Positions 23,003-36,298 of a stretch of DNA of 64,000 nucleotides are shown here, piece after piece; the first letter of the stretch is position 1; each line of letters starts with the position of its first letter. The stretch is from Tricharina praecox (lineage: Eukaryota). The translations under genes and the position numbers were made by a program. Where the stretch lies: positions 496,001-560,000 of the forward strand of contig NW_026250418.1 in NCBI RefSeq assembly GCF_024521635.1, given 5' to 3'. The notes under the pieces were generated by a model. The model worked only from the letters and a program-made list of their open reading frames with translations, had not been told where the DNA came from and searched no databases.

Positions 23003-26000
23003 GGATATTGGTTGGCGATGAAGCTTGGTTGGTGATGCATGGCGTGGGCGAGGCTTTAGTCCGGGGAGGGAAGGGAGGAGGGAGGAGGGAGGAGGCTGTG
23101 AACTGCCTAAGGTACGGGACGGGACTAGGTAGGTGCAGTAGGTGCAGTAGGTAGGCTGTGATAGTAGCAGATGGAACAACGGCTGCTGATGGGCTGGTGG
23201 GCTGACGACCACTTGAAAGTTGAGACATCACAAACGTGATCTACGGCGACATGTAGCTAATGGCAGGGCTGATGCGAAGCTACCCTACTCTACATACATG
23301 CGCGAACGATCCCAAGAAGGCTGCCAAAAACTACTGCGGTTCGATCGTAGATTCTACATAGATTCTAGATTCTGGAGTACCGTACCAGTCTAGCAGTATG
23401 CATACATCTCATAGCTCGATAATTCGCGCAAGCGGGCTGGCGCCCTATCGGTTCCTTACGACTCCATGGTACTCCATGATACTCTATGCATCGCTGTCGC
23501 GATCGAGCGACTCCCGCGTGCTGCTTCCCTCCCGTCGGCGGTCGGCGGTCGCATCTCAGGTCGGTGGTCGCATCTCAAGAGTCAGGTTCCCCGTGCTGGA
23601 TGCTCCCCGCCTTTTGCTCCCTTCCGTTTTATGTATTGTACATACCTTCGCCTTTGCGTTTGTGTTTGCGCTTGCCGTCGCCTTTACGTTTGCCTTTACG
23701 TTTGCCCCCAGAGTCCAGAATCCAGAGTCCATAGTTACCACCCACAACCACCACCGCTCGTGTGCTCCCTTGCCTCCCCCTCCCCCTCCCCCCCCCCCCT
23801 CCCCCTCCCCCCAGGTATGCACCGTCCATATATAGCATGATAGAAAATCCGGGGCTTTAGCCCGCGCACATTCATTCTCACGGCTCTATGTAGCTCAGGT
23901 GTCTACACGCGAATGGATAGATAGAGTACTCTATGTTGGTGCTCAAGGTGTCACCATGGTAGGTATCGGACGTTCCGTTCAGTCACGGAAGAGCAGAGCG
24001 GAGCGGAGCGGGGTTGCCCCCATCCCTCCCCCATCCCTCCCCCCCATCGCCCCCACCTCCCGACCGCTCGCTCGCAGAGTCCGCGAACAAACGTCGGGCC
24101 GCAACGGGAGGGAAGGGAGGGAGGTCAAGGGAGTTCAAGGGGCAAAGCGGTGTGGACTGCAAAGACGAGGACGAGGACGAGGGACAGCTTGGTTTGGTTC
24201 GGGCCGCGGCAAGAACTGTGCTGCTGCTGCACTGCTGCTGCTAGCTATGCCATGTATGCCATGTATGCCATCCCATCCCATCCCATGCTATGCCATGCCA
24301 TGCCATGCGAGGGGGAGTCATACATACTCAGTCTCTACATACCCACCCGTGCCCACCCACGCAGTGCCCAGCGCCCACACCGCGACACGACCGCGCACAC
24401 TGAACGCGCAAAGCACCTTACCAGGGCTCGCCTAGAGTACTATAGAGTAGGGTGGGGTTGGGTTTGCCTCGACGCGTCCGCGTCCGCATCCGCGTTGGGG
24501 ATTGAGCAATGAGAACTTGAGTTTTGAGAAGTCACGTCGACGGCTGGATTGATCGGGCCTCGACGCGCTGGACTCGAGGTGTGAGGTATCTAAGCCACCA
24601 CTCCTCTTCGCACCCCCCACCCTCCCCTCCCCCCAACGAGGACGACGGCGACAGAATGCTGAGTCACATTGCTCGTTTCCTGGTCTGTACTCTACTGTAG
24701 ATACCGTGTCGTTGTGCGAGCGAGCGAGCGAGTGGCATTTGGATACTCCACGGCACTCTGCTCTAAGTAGAGTAGGTACGATGCCCCCCGCGACCGCACG
24801 CACGAGCGCATGGATGGGTCATAATCCCTCGCACCTCGCACCTCGCACCTCGCACCTCGCAGCGCGCACACTCCAAGGGCACACCGGTAAGTAAATTCGT
24901 AACTCTGTGGAGAGTCGGCGTCGCACGACAGCAGTAGCTAGTTGGATAGATAGAAATACTAGAAACACTAGGAAACTAGCTGGAATCCTATCGACTCATT
25001 ATTGTGCTTTTTGGCGCCTATGTTGACTAGGCAGTAGGTAGTACCCAGGTAGGCGAGCATGCGAGTAGCTACAAAGGTATGTAGGACCTAGGAGGCAAGT
25101 ACGGTATGTGGAATAACGGGGAGCAGACTGGAATCCTCGAGTGGTGGTTCTACCTGTTTTTGCCCCATGGTAAGTGCCCCCACCTGGAGCCCGGAGGGGA
25201 TGACTGTTGTGTCCGTCCGTCTGCAATCCGGAACCAAGGCGGAATGACGAGCGCTGTGACGTCCACGGTCCACTGGAAGTGTCTGGAACGTATGTATTGT
25301 GAACTGACGTCGACTCCGTGAAAACGCCCCATGGCATCACTCCCAGGCTCCCAGGCTCCCTTACTGACGACGGAACAAGTGCCGGCAGAGGTGGACGTAA
25401 GGGGATGTGGTGAGAAAGGCGCGATGGATGAACCGATGATGAGGTAATCTGAGACGCCGAGACCACGCCTATCACTCGGAGGCGGCGCCAGTGCGCCAGT
25501 GCGCCACGGATGTGCATTGTGCGGCCTATGTACCTATATCGATTGCAGCGGTGAAAATTGAGCCGAGGATTTCCCCGTGGCGTCAGTGGTGTTGAACAGG
25601 ATCTAGATGTAATGGCTCGCTCTGGATTTGCACGATTGCGGGTTGGATCGCCTCTTGGGGACTCGAGGCGGTGGGCCACCATCGGTTCGAAACGTCTGGT
25701 GCGCCCCAACGCCTGCCCCTAGATGCTCGATCAGTAATACCAATTGCTCCATTTCCTGACGGATTGTTTCCCCAGCTTCACCGCCAGCTTCACCGTATAT
25801 GCTCTCATCCCCGAGAGCATATTGCTCATTGAGTAGGAACCGGTGGGGGCAGTTACTTGCGTGTGACTGGTATGTACCGGTATCTTCAGCCCGCCAGCCA
25901 GCCCTCCCTCCCCCCCAGTGTTGCCCCGCACACTCCGAGTCTCTGATCGACGACGACGACGGCGTCTGCATGCATCAGACCAGAACCAGATCTCCCTCAT

Positions 26001-29000
26001 GCCAGGCCTCGGAATGCTGCACAGTACAATGCAATGCAAGGTGGGCCCATCACGCCTCCGGAAAAAGACACCATCGAAGGACCAAGCCACGAAAGGTGGG
26101 CCCGCCTCCTGGGCTTCCGGGCTTCCGGGCTTCATGACACATGTAGGTATGACCCCTTACCCCGCTATCACCTGCCTGGACTCTGGAGAAATTGCCTCAC
26201 CTACCTACCTCCAGGACAAAGCCCTCAATCTTGAACCTTCCTCGTTGCGGTATCTTGGTACCTTGGTTTCTTCTCGTGGAATGTTGGCAGTGGCAGTGGC
26301 AGTGGCAGTGGCAAGCAATCTAGGACCTCGGACGACGGACGGAAGGTTGGCGAACTTCGAAGGGTGTCACAGACTCACAGAGAGGGGGCGCTTTGTCGGT
26401 GAAGGCTGTTCCGCAAACCCGATTGACGTACGTCGAGCGTATATTGACGATGAGCAACCACTCAGCAGTCGGGACTCGGGAGTTCAGCTGGCGCTGGTGC
26501 TGAAGTCAGAATCGATGGTTTGTTTTTGGTGCAAGTAGCAAAGTCCTCGGACACCCCGTCCCCTTGCCAGGAGGGTTAATGGGGAAAATTCCACATCCCT
26601 ACTCCACCGTTTTAAACATGTCCTTACTGATGATTAGAAAGGAATGCATACAAACTCCAAGGGCGCGATCTCATCTGCAAGGTGGACCATGGGAGTCCCC
26701 TCCCAACCATTTGCGGCAGTCATTAACGGTATGTATGTACGCCATTTAGGCTTTGGGGACTTACTATCGATAGCATATTTCGTTCACGCTTCACAGCGCT
26801 CACCTCCAGCCAAGCCCTGCTCTTATCATCGTTGGAGCATCCTGGTCTTCCATCTGACATTTCTTGAGCCGAACGATGGCGATTAGGATGTGACTGCATG
26901 ATAATGAGTAATGTGACAATTGCAATATGGCTAGAGAGAATGACACCGAGCAAGGTATGTAGTATGTACCCCAGCTTCTGGCCAGCAAATGACATGCCAT
27001 GTGCTCTTCACCAGTGACATAATCACGCTCCACTTCTAATCGGCGGGGTAGTGGTTTCCGCTGTCCGGTGGGCGTGGTTTCTGGTGGGCGTGGTCATGGG
27101 TATCACTCGCTGTGGTCTGAGTTCACCCCCCAATCCCTAAGTTTTACCCCTTCGACTGCAGACGGCTTGGGGTGACAAGGCTGATCAAAACGATAGTGAG
27201 CACCGGCGTGGCACGAGTACCATCCAAGCCGCGGTCGTTGACTCCTTGTCGCCGTACATGACATTCTTCCATGACGTTCCATCAGGAGAGGTCACCTGTA
27301 TGACCCCCAACAATGCTATGCGCACCTTTCCTGCAGCAACCCGAAGTCGGACTGTTGAATCCCTGCGACAAATTCGCCTCCTACCCCCCCCCCCCCCCCC
27401 CCCCACTCGGACATCGCGGTTTGTACACCTCGACCTTTCGAGTTGGTGCCGAGCAGGCTGGGCAGTGGATTGGTCTTGCCATCTCCTCCGCCCACTAGAT
27501 TACCCTCAGGATCCCCAGCTTGGAGCTCGAGAATGCCATACCTAGACCATGGGAACGCCTGGGCGCCTGTCTTGCTTGGGGGAGGCAAGGACCTCATGCG
27601 TCAAGTCAGCCTTGTCCATTGGGATGGTGGATTGCATTCATGTTTGGTTCCCACCGCCAGATTGATGTCCCGAATCCTCACATTTGGAGGCGCCAGCGAG
27701 ATCCTGGAGGACACAACAGGGACGAACCGAGCTGCTGGACCGCGAGGACCGAGAGGGAGGTCTTGGTCCGGGGTTTGTTTCTCAGTATGTACCGGTATTT
27801 CGATGGTTACCTATCGTTATCCGATCCTTTATGATGGTTATTAGTTGTGGCCTGCTGATATTTGATTCCGTGGCTGGTGGAAATGTTAAGCTTCTCGAAT
27901 CCCTCCCACGAGTTCATCCGTCCCATGATCATCTTTCTCTCCACCGTGCTTGTAAATATTCCTTATTGCCGTTTCATAGGTACATTCTCGGGTCCCGTCG
28001 ATACGCATGTATGTAGGCCTGGAACGAAACTCCCATCATCCCATGTGAGGTCAGCATACCTGATACTGGCCGGCGCGTACTGCAGACGAGGCGGCTGTGG
28101 CGGAGTGTACCTTGGTAGTTTCACGATCTTCCATCGATTCCCGAAAGACACGGTACGATAGAGAGCATGGGCGGCTATTCCGAGGAGTATGTAGGGTATT
28201 TTTTTTTGGTTGGTTAGAGAACCCGGGTCTCCGGGGGGGATAAAACGCCACACACTGGGAATGCGGCTGGTGTATGCAGGGGCTGGTGTTTTACCGGCTG
28301 CGCCACATCTGCGGCCACTGTTGGTGTTCTATCGAGGACGAGGCGTAGCCGTGGTGCAAGTGGAAGTAATTGGTTGGCGAATTCGCGGGCTCAGTCGGAG
28401 GGGGAGTGTGTGGAGATGGTATGTAGCTACATCGTGAACCGTGATTACATCGCAGTGCTGGGTAATAAGGCTGTGTACATACCCAGCTGGAGGATCAACG
28501 CTGCCCCATTCAGCATGCACACCGGCGGCTCGATGTCGAACCCCCGTGGCAAACTTGGACACGTGCTTTCCCGCAACGGTTGGAGGTGTTTGAGCCACGA
28601 GCGACCGAGCCGGTGATATTCTGTGATTCAACCCGAGTGGCCTCATCGATTGCGCCGTCTCCGAGCGGGCTCGAGGATCGGTGGCGATTAATCATCCTGG
28701 AAGAATATTTTCAAGTGCTGACTGAACCCTCGAGTGTGCTCAGTGCACGGAAGTTTGTGCCCATGATATCTGATGTGCGCAGTGTGGTAATCCTGGGTGT
28801 TATATGTAACTGCAATGTGATGTGATGTATTCACGACGATCTGAGGCCAATGGTGTCAACTCAGGATGACAGGACAACCGCGATAACCGTTGTATCACCT
28901 CCGCACAGCAGGTGCGACTCGGGGAGTAGTCTGTGGGCGAACCTGAGGTCGCTATTCAACAAAAAAACCACTCACTCCCGACCCCGACCCCGGATTGTGC

Positions 29001-31705
29001 GACCAAGGCGCTGATATCGCTTGCCACCTGCACACATTGCGCGCGCAACATCGAACACGTTATGCACTTATGTAATCAGACCGCATCGTGCCTCGTCATC
29101 TCCATGGTCGTGACCCCAGTTACGAACAAAAGTGGGATCACTCTGGCGAGATCAAATTTGCCATCTGCGCACATGGTAGGTACATCGCACATCGCACATC
29201 CGACCAGGTTGACTACCTACCTGTTGCTGCCAGGTTTGTGCGTGTGGGGGAATAAATGCAACCTCGCGTCGTTTGCGGATCCGACGGACAGCGGCACTCA
29301 GGGGTGTGCGGATATGTGGTGTGCGAAGCAAACATGTCGAAACGAATTTGATTACTGAGAGGAGAGACAGACCCAGTAGAGGGGTGCGCAGACGGGTCCG
29401 AGAATGGTGCCACCTCTGTGTGCTCGTGCTAGAATACCCTCTTTCCTCTGTCGTTGAAGGTGTCGTACCGCGGAGGACGGGTGGATGTTGCTTGTTTCCG
29501 GTCCGGGCCGTGGCACCGATAAAGAGACGCATTGGTAAAGGTGCGGTAGGCGCTGATTGGTGCTCATCGTGGCTGTATGTGTTGCGTGATGGGCTGTGAT
29601 CCGTGAATGGTAAGAATGGTTGAAATTTGCTTCACAAATCTTGAGGAGGAGAAGGAGGAAGAGGAGGAAGAAGAGAATCTTACCAGTAACTTCCAGACGG
29701 CGAAAAGATATAGATACGACTCGTGTTCCACGTAGAGGATTGGAGGTATGCAGCAGCTCGATGACTTGTGAGGTCGTGAAAGTTGATGTCCAAATTTTCC
29801 TTCACGTCGACTGTTCCTAGCCCATCCGCCTACCTCCCAACCACCCGTCAAGTCGCATTCCATTCTGTTCCGTTGCAAACATATCCCTCCTCCACCGCTG
29901 CCGTCTTGGTCTGCCACTTTCCGCTCCATCTTCCCCCGCATTGCCGCCGCCTTGCTCCAATCACCCAGCCATCACTCCCACGCCTCAGTCAAATCGTCCG
30001 CCCATCACTCCCACGCCTCAGTCAAATCGTCCACCCATCACCACCATGTGATCCTTCCTGCTCCGTCCATCCCTTCGCATTCCTTCCCAAAGCCCTGCCT
30101 CGAAACCCAAGTCGTATCGATTGAACCCCCGCGGGCTCTCCTCAGGTCGCAAATGTGTTGTCAGTGCTGCCGTGCTAGTGATTCCGTCAGAACCCCCCAA
30201 CGAGACCCGCCGCCGATGGCCAGCGAGCGAGCGCCGACTCTTTATACAAATAGCGCACCAAAGCCTCGAGGCAACCGTGACTCATGCCAGCACACCCGTC
30301 TCGCACCATTCAAAACTGTGCTTTCGTGGTTCTACTGAGCCCCAATGAACTAGCTTTGACCGGAGGGCTGAAGTTGAGGCTGGATATATGGTCGTGTGCG
30401 TGCGTCGGCGTGACTCACGGGGCATCCGAAAGGAGTTGAGGTTATTGGCCAACGTTTATTGTGTGCCTGCAGCTCGAAAGCCTATCCGGCGCAGTTGGGA
30501 GGCCAATCGCTGGCACGAGCCACCAACTACCACTCTCGTGTAACGTTGTACACACACACGGATCGACAAGCGAGTGCCTTTCCGTGACTGCATCCGTGGA
30601 ATATGTTGACGTATGGTGCCTGCGCTTTTGAAGGGCCATCCTTTTGCGGTTCTATTTTCAAGCCAGCTAGCAGCCAGCAGCAGGTATGAATGATGGGGAG
30701 TAGAAAAGGCCCAGGTTATGTACCTCCCCCCAACCTTAGAATCCTGGTTCGATGTTGGTGTGAAGATCTTCGACAAGAGGAAACACTAGGTTTTGTATGG
30801 AAATCAAGCTCCAGTGCACCAAATCTCACGAGTGGAGACTAATTTTCACTCTGAGGTTAAATGCAGCGGTCACAGCCGCCATCGAGACTCCACCAGCAGA
30901 TAGCCTGTCCCAGGATATGCGCAATCAACCACCGGCAGTGACTGATCCTCGTAGTGGAAAGGAGCAGGTGTATACTACTATAGTCATCGCCGGGTGGTGA
31001 AGTTGCATTTTTACCTTCATCCCATCATTCATCTTTAGCCCATCCAACACACTAGGGTGCAACTTTCACCTTTACCAACATCACCAGATGAGCTTGACGA
31101 GCATCGGGTACCATGAACGTCCACTGCGTATGATCGAGAAGACAGGGTGCCAATAGTAGGTATTGCAAACAGTCGAGTTTGAATTCCGCGCCGAAATCGG
31201 CAATATGTCTCCGGATGTCCGCGAGTGAGTAAGGATATACACAGCAGTGTGTACCTACGTGCCATATTGCTAGCGTGGTCGAGCTGCTGTTGTTGCCGCT
31301 GCGCTCTCGGGCAAGCGTCAGTGGCCGACAGCATGCCAAGATCTTTTCCGTGATTGTCGTCGTTTACTCCACCGCTCCCCTCCTGCCGTCCTCCCCAACT
31401 GCTGTTCGTTCTGACCGACAACGCCCACAGCGACACATGACTACCGGCAGTGTTCTCTTGCTAAGTTTTCGTTGTTTGCAAGTACCTCACAAATCTCTCA
31501 TATGTCCCTTTGTTTAAGCTTCGCATTTGCTTTACTATGGCTGGTTTAAGGGTTTGACCGCTCGACCCACCTCTGATACCCGTTGCTGCATATTATACCG
31601 CCGGACGTCCAGCATTAACCTTAACCTTAACCTGCCCTAAACTACCATCACTTGTCATTATCTCTAACCACCCTCACTTCCCTCCGCACTAGCCCGTTTT
31701 ATCCG

Positions 31706-31967
31706 TATAAATACTTCGATCCCGCTCCCCATCTTCGATCATCTCCCGAACAAACAACAGCAACTCCCTCTCCTTCAGTACTTTCACATCAACGCATACT
31801 TTCACATCAACGCACACTTTCACATCAACGCATACTTTTACATCAACGCATACTTTCACAACACAGTCGGAAAGAAAGCACGACGATCAAGGTAAGGTTC
31901 CACGTCTTCTCCCTGTCTTCACCCAGCCCTGGGTTTCATTGGTTGCTGACCCGGTTGGTGTTGGAAG
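31706..31967 (+). promoter_or_regulatory. TATA box, 18-bp tandem repeat and 5'-UTR intron of the amidoligase gene
   Basis: TATAAA at 31706-31711. CTTTCACATCAACGCATA occurs about 4.5 times at 31781-31862. Intron 31892-31967 (GTAAGG...GCTGAC...AAG) ends immediately before the ATG at 31968. Confidence 0.6.
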
Positions 31968-33548
31968 ATGACTACTTTTACGACGACCATGCGCCTTCAC
32001 CTCACTGGTGAAGAAGGGTCCTATGTCGGTTGGGACGAGTGCAACGACTACAAGATCGTCCACTCGGACAAGCATAGGGCGAGAGTGAACCTTTTCGACA
32101 AGGTCGTGCGCCATGTGCGCCACGTCCTTGTCGCCACCGGCCGGCTCGCTCCACCTATCGTTGCTCGTCACAACAGCCGCCTCACATTTGGCATGGAGCT
32201 CGAGATGGTGGTTGTGGGCTGGTCGAGTGAGAAGACAGGATTCAACGCCGTCGAAGGGTCCTTCAACCGAATCAAGTGGGCGGGGGAGAAGTCTTACGAG
32301 TGCCAAGTTTACCATGGCACAGGAAGCCCAGACCGATCAAAATTCCTGATCATGAGGGATGGCAGGTAAGGATCCACCTTTTTTTCCTTTTCTTTCCTGA
32401 TGGTTTTGACTGTCCGTTACTGACGCACGCTTTAAATAGTATCAACTCACGCGTCTGCGTGAAGCCCTGGTTGAAGATCCCCAGCAGCCCTCGTGGCCAG
32501 ACCACCGGTAACTCGACCGTCGAGGAGCGTCGCCTTGTGGCGAACAAGATTCTTGCGCCAAAGAGCCCTGAGGAGGAAAGGAAGGCGTGGTGGTCGAGGG
32601 GCTCGAATGATACCGTATGTCAATACATGCTATGCAGTTGATCCATTATGCTAACTTTGCGAGTAGTACTACCTCACTCGTGAGGAAAATGTGACCAAAT
32701 GGTTGGAGGAATATCTCCATGACCTCTCAGACCCGTGCTTCATATTGGGAGCCCCTGTTGAAATGTGCACGCCGATCTTGACTCAGGACACATACGAGCC
32801 GGCTATTGAATCCGTGCTATCACACTTGACTGAGGATTTGGCGTTGCATTTCAACGAGAGCACGGGTCTGCACGTGCACGTGGGCTGTGGCAAAGGCAAC
32901 TCGTGGAAACTCGAGGAGCTTCAGGCAATCGCTAAGGCGGTGTTCCTCTTTGAGGATGTCATCGACCTGATGCACGCAGCCCACCGCGTGGAGGAGAACT
33001 GGATGATCGCCTCCAATAGATGGAATCCAGCTGTACGGGGCCTCACCATCGAGGAAGCTTTTTCTGTGATCGACGCCACCCTCTCGACGCAAGAATTCCT
33101 CAACGTGGTCGGAAACAGGAAGTGGCACAAGTACAACTTCACCACCAACGACATGTACGGTACCATCGAATTCCGACAGTCCGAAGCACATGGGAACCCC
33201 AAAAAGGCGGTTGAATGGATCCGCTTCATCTCTTGTTTTGTGTCCGCCGCACTAGGAGCTGCCAAGTGGGAGTGGGCCATGTGGGCAGAGCAACTAGGAG
33301 GGGAGGCGGTGGGGAACAAGCCCAGGCCTGAACGTCGCCTAAGCTACCTTCACCTTTCAGAGGATACCTGGGAACGTTTCGGCATACCTTCCCATCTACG
33401 CCGCCTCATACCGGAGATGTATGAGGAGCATACATACCGGGTCCGTATGGCAAAGCTGTCGGAAGTTTACGATGCCGCTGCCGCCTGTGCTCCGAATTTC
33501 ATCCGCAACGTTGCCGCGGGCGATCGCCAGCCAAGTCCTAGCGATTAG
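31968..33548 (+). CDS. Putative amidoligase enzyme (Amidoligase_2-like, COOH-NH2 ligase superfamily)
   Basis: Exons 31968-32365, 32440-32614 and 32667-33548 join in frame. Motifs TFGMELEM, DGSI, VEMCTPIL, FNESTGLHVHVG, KWHKYNF and GTIEFRQ. Confidence 0.8.
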
Positions 33549-36298
33549 GTCCACGGTTTCCTTCTTTCGTTCTTCATTTTTTGGTGATAATGGAGCTGAT
33601 GGATAGCATTCCTCGATAACGATGACTGGTTGATGTGTTGGTTTTTGTTTTCTTCCTTTCTTAGCGATACTAGAGCTGATGGATGGTATTTCTCGATAAC
33701 AATGACTTATGGTTGATTTTGGCGGAATGAACGAATGATAGTGACTATTAGTGTTGCTTTTTCTTTTTCCTTCTCTTAGACGGCCATCGTTTCTTTTCTC
33801 CTTGATTTCCTTCTGCTATACCTTTTGGTGATTTAAGATTTTTAAGATTTGATGTTTCTCCTGGGGCGTTGGTTTCATCAAGGGCTGGTGATGTGGGTGG
33901 TTTCCTCTTTTCATTTATCTTCACTTCCTCTTCTTTTCTTCTGCTGATACGTACAAGATATATGCATTCGAGGTTTTTTTTTACATTTACGGTGTCATCA
34001 TCGAGAAGATGAAGCTGTTGGCTATGGTTCGTATGTGCTACTTAGTTGCTGACTATCGTTTTTTGGTGTATCATGTTTCAATGAACGGTTTCCGATTATT
34101 GTAAGCCATTATCACCATTTCGTGTCTCCTCAAAATCACCTTCAACCACAGTCAGTTGGTGGATATCAATTTTCAGGATTCTTCAGGAACGAAGAACGAG
34201 TGAGTGATAGTGCAACACCCGCTTCCACGTGACAGCCGAAATCCACACTACCCAAGATCCTCGAATTGTCGAGTCAATAATAAGCAGCCACGACGGAAAT
34301 GAGGGCAGTATGCAAAAGGAAGGTGGAAAGTAGCAGTGACACCGGAACAGGCAATAAGACGCATAATATCAACAGACAGTGTCGCTGGTCTGATTCAACG
34401 AGGAAACTGCGTAACTATTGTCTGAGATAGTTATGTACGTACGGCGAAGCATGCTGGAAGCTTGAGATCTGCAAACGCGAAGTACGGGTCCGAGAGAGAG
34501 AAAGAGACCTTCAGAAAGTACGGGTCCGAACTAACTACGGTAGTTCTAAACAGGCAATTCACCGAGTGATGGAGTAGAGTAAACCAATAGGAAGATGAAC
34601 TCCGATGCGATATTGCTCCTCGAGCTTCGAAGGGGCCTAGATGTTACCTACATACCTCGTATCCCGTGCTTCGCGCTCGGAAGCAGCAGTATCCACTCGC
34701 GTGGCCTCTTCATGCACGAGGAACGGAAGGGCGCCCCCGTTCCGCTCGGGGATCGAAGTCCGGCTTTGAACACCGCAGTCGACCGGCATTTCGGGTGGTA
34801 GACATAGTATGTAGGTCGGTAGGTGTGGGAAGCACGTTCGGGATAATGCAAAGAGTACAATAGGTGCCTCAGCGGGACAGCTTCGCGGGTTGGCAGTCTG
34901 CAATTGACATTTTTTCTCCTCACCAGCGATATGAGGTGCACTGTTCATCACAGATATGTATGATATATCTGCCCTTTCAAAATACAAAGGGGCAGTTTCA
35001 ACTCGTCCACTCCACTCTGGTAGCGAGAAACAAGCTTCACCATAACAAAGTGCCTTATGTATGATCTGTACCTATGCTCTGTATGACATGCTCGACGGGC
35101 CTCGGGATTTGCGCAAGCCAAGGCCGTGCTGCGTCATGCGGTACTAGGCAGGCAGGCAGGGCCCAGGCAGGTAGGCACAAGGGTGCGCGGATCGACACTT
35201 CGGGACCGGCTCGGCGGCGCGGCGATTCGGGGCCCCCCCATGCTTACGTACGTACCCCATGTACAGGCCGACCCAACCGCAAACCGTCTGAGCCGGAAGC
35301 CGTAACCCACGAACTAACGACTCAAGTATTTACAAGCTCGCTGCTCGGAAGCTCGCCGTGTGCTGTGCAGCGTCCGTTTTACATAACCGGAGAAGGGCGC
35401 CTACCTGCTTGTGGCTAACCATCGAGTACCGGTAGATACAGTAGAGTATCGCGGGGTGAATGCGGGGACCAAGCATGCATGGGGCGCAACAAAAAAAGAC
35501 TCGCCGCGTGGGATCGTTGGCGTCCTGGTTTAATCGCTCATCGCCGAAGTCCTGTTCGGCGGCTCGTCATTTCAGCCTGTGAAGATACGAAGTATGCATT
35601 AGGTACGTACCATCTTTTACATGTTCCGGATGACAATTCGGTCTATTGAAGCTCCAGTAGAAGCTGCGATACCGTGCCGTATCAACTACCGTGGCCTATG
35701 GGAACGGAGGACAGAGCATGCGGAGATCCGATAGAAGGGCGGGTGACCGTAGAGGAGGAGTCTACCCATCGTTAGGTAGGAGTGTCCCAATCCCGCCAGC
35801 AAGTAGTAAAGCCCCACATTTCCTCACTGCTCGCCCCAAAACCCCTACTTACGAAGAAGCTTTTACCTACAACATCCTCAGACTTTCCACCACCTCCTCC
35901 ACTCGAACACCTTTCCCACATCTTGCGCGTTTCAACACGCCATCATCGTCCCACGTCCGTTCGTTCAACCTTCCTCTTTTTTTCCCCGACACACCCTCGC
36001 ATGTCTCGCATAAGTGATCGCCGAGATCACGGAAAGGGACTGCGGGGGCCGGGGGCGGGGAGCGTACAACAGCACGACCCGTCCCTGTGCGAGGCGTGCG
36101 AGGTGTGCGCGCGTGTGTGTGTGAAGCTGACTCGCACCGTGTCTCAGAACCAGAGAAACCAAGGTGAAAATTCGACGGGAACTCGGACTTTTTACATACA
36201 TCTTTCGCATCCGCATCCATCTTTTTTCCTCCCAGGTCGCCGGCTGTGGTCAATCTAGTTTTTTCTTCTTTTATTTCGGAGCTTTCAGGCGATTCGTG

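Noticed and set aside
25640..25710. GGTTCGAAA resembling a tRNA T-loop
   Set aside because: Flanks do not form a T-stem, and no cloverleaf or A-box could be built.
15081..31517. Numerous 60-300 aa ORFs in the ORF track
   Set aside because: Low-complexity translations of microsatellite or GC-rich DNA, overlapping on both strands, with no motifs or consistent splice structure.
31614..31640. (TTAACC)3 plus CCCTAA, telomere-like
   Set aside because: Too short and not a canonical TTAGGG array; consistent with the local stutter repeats.
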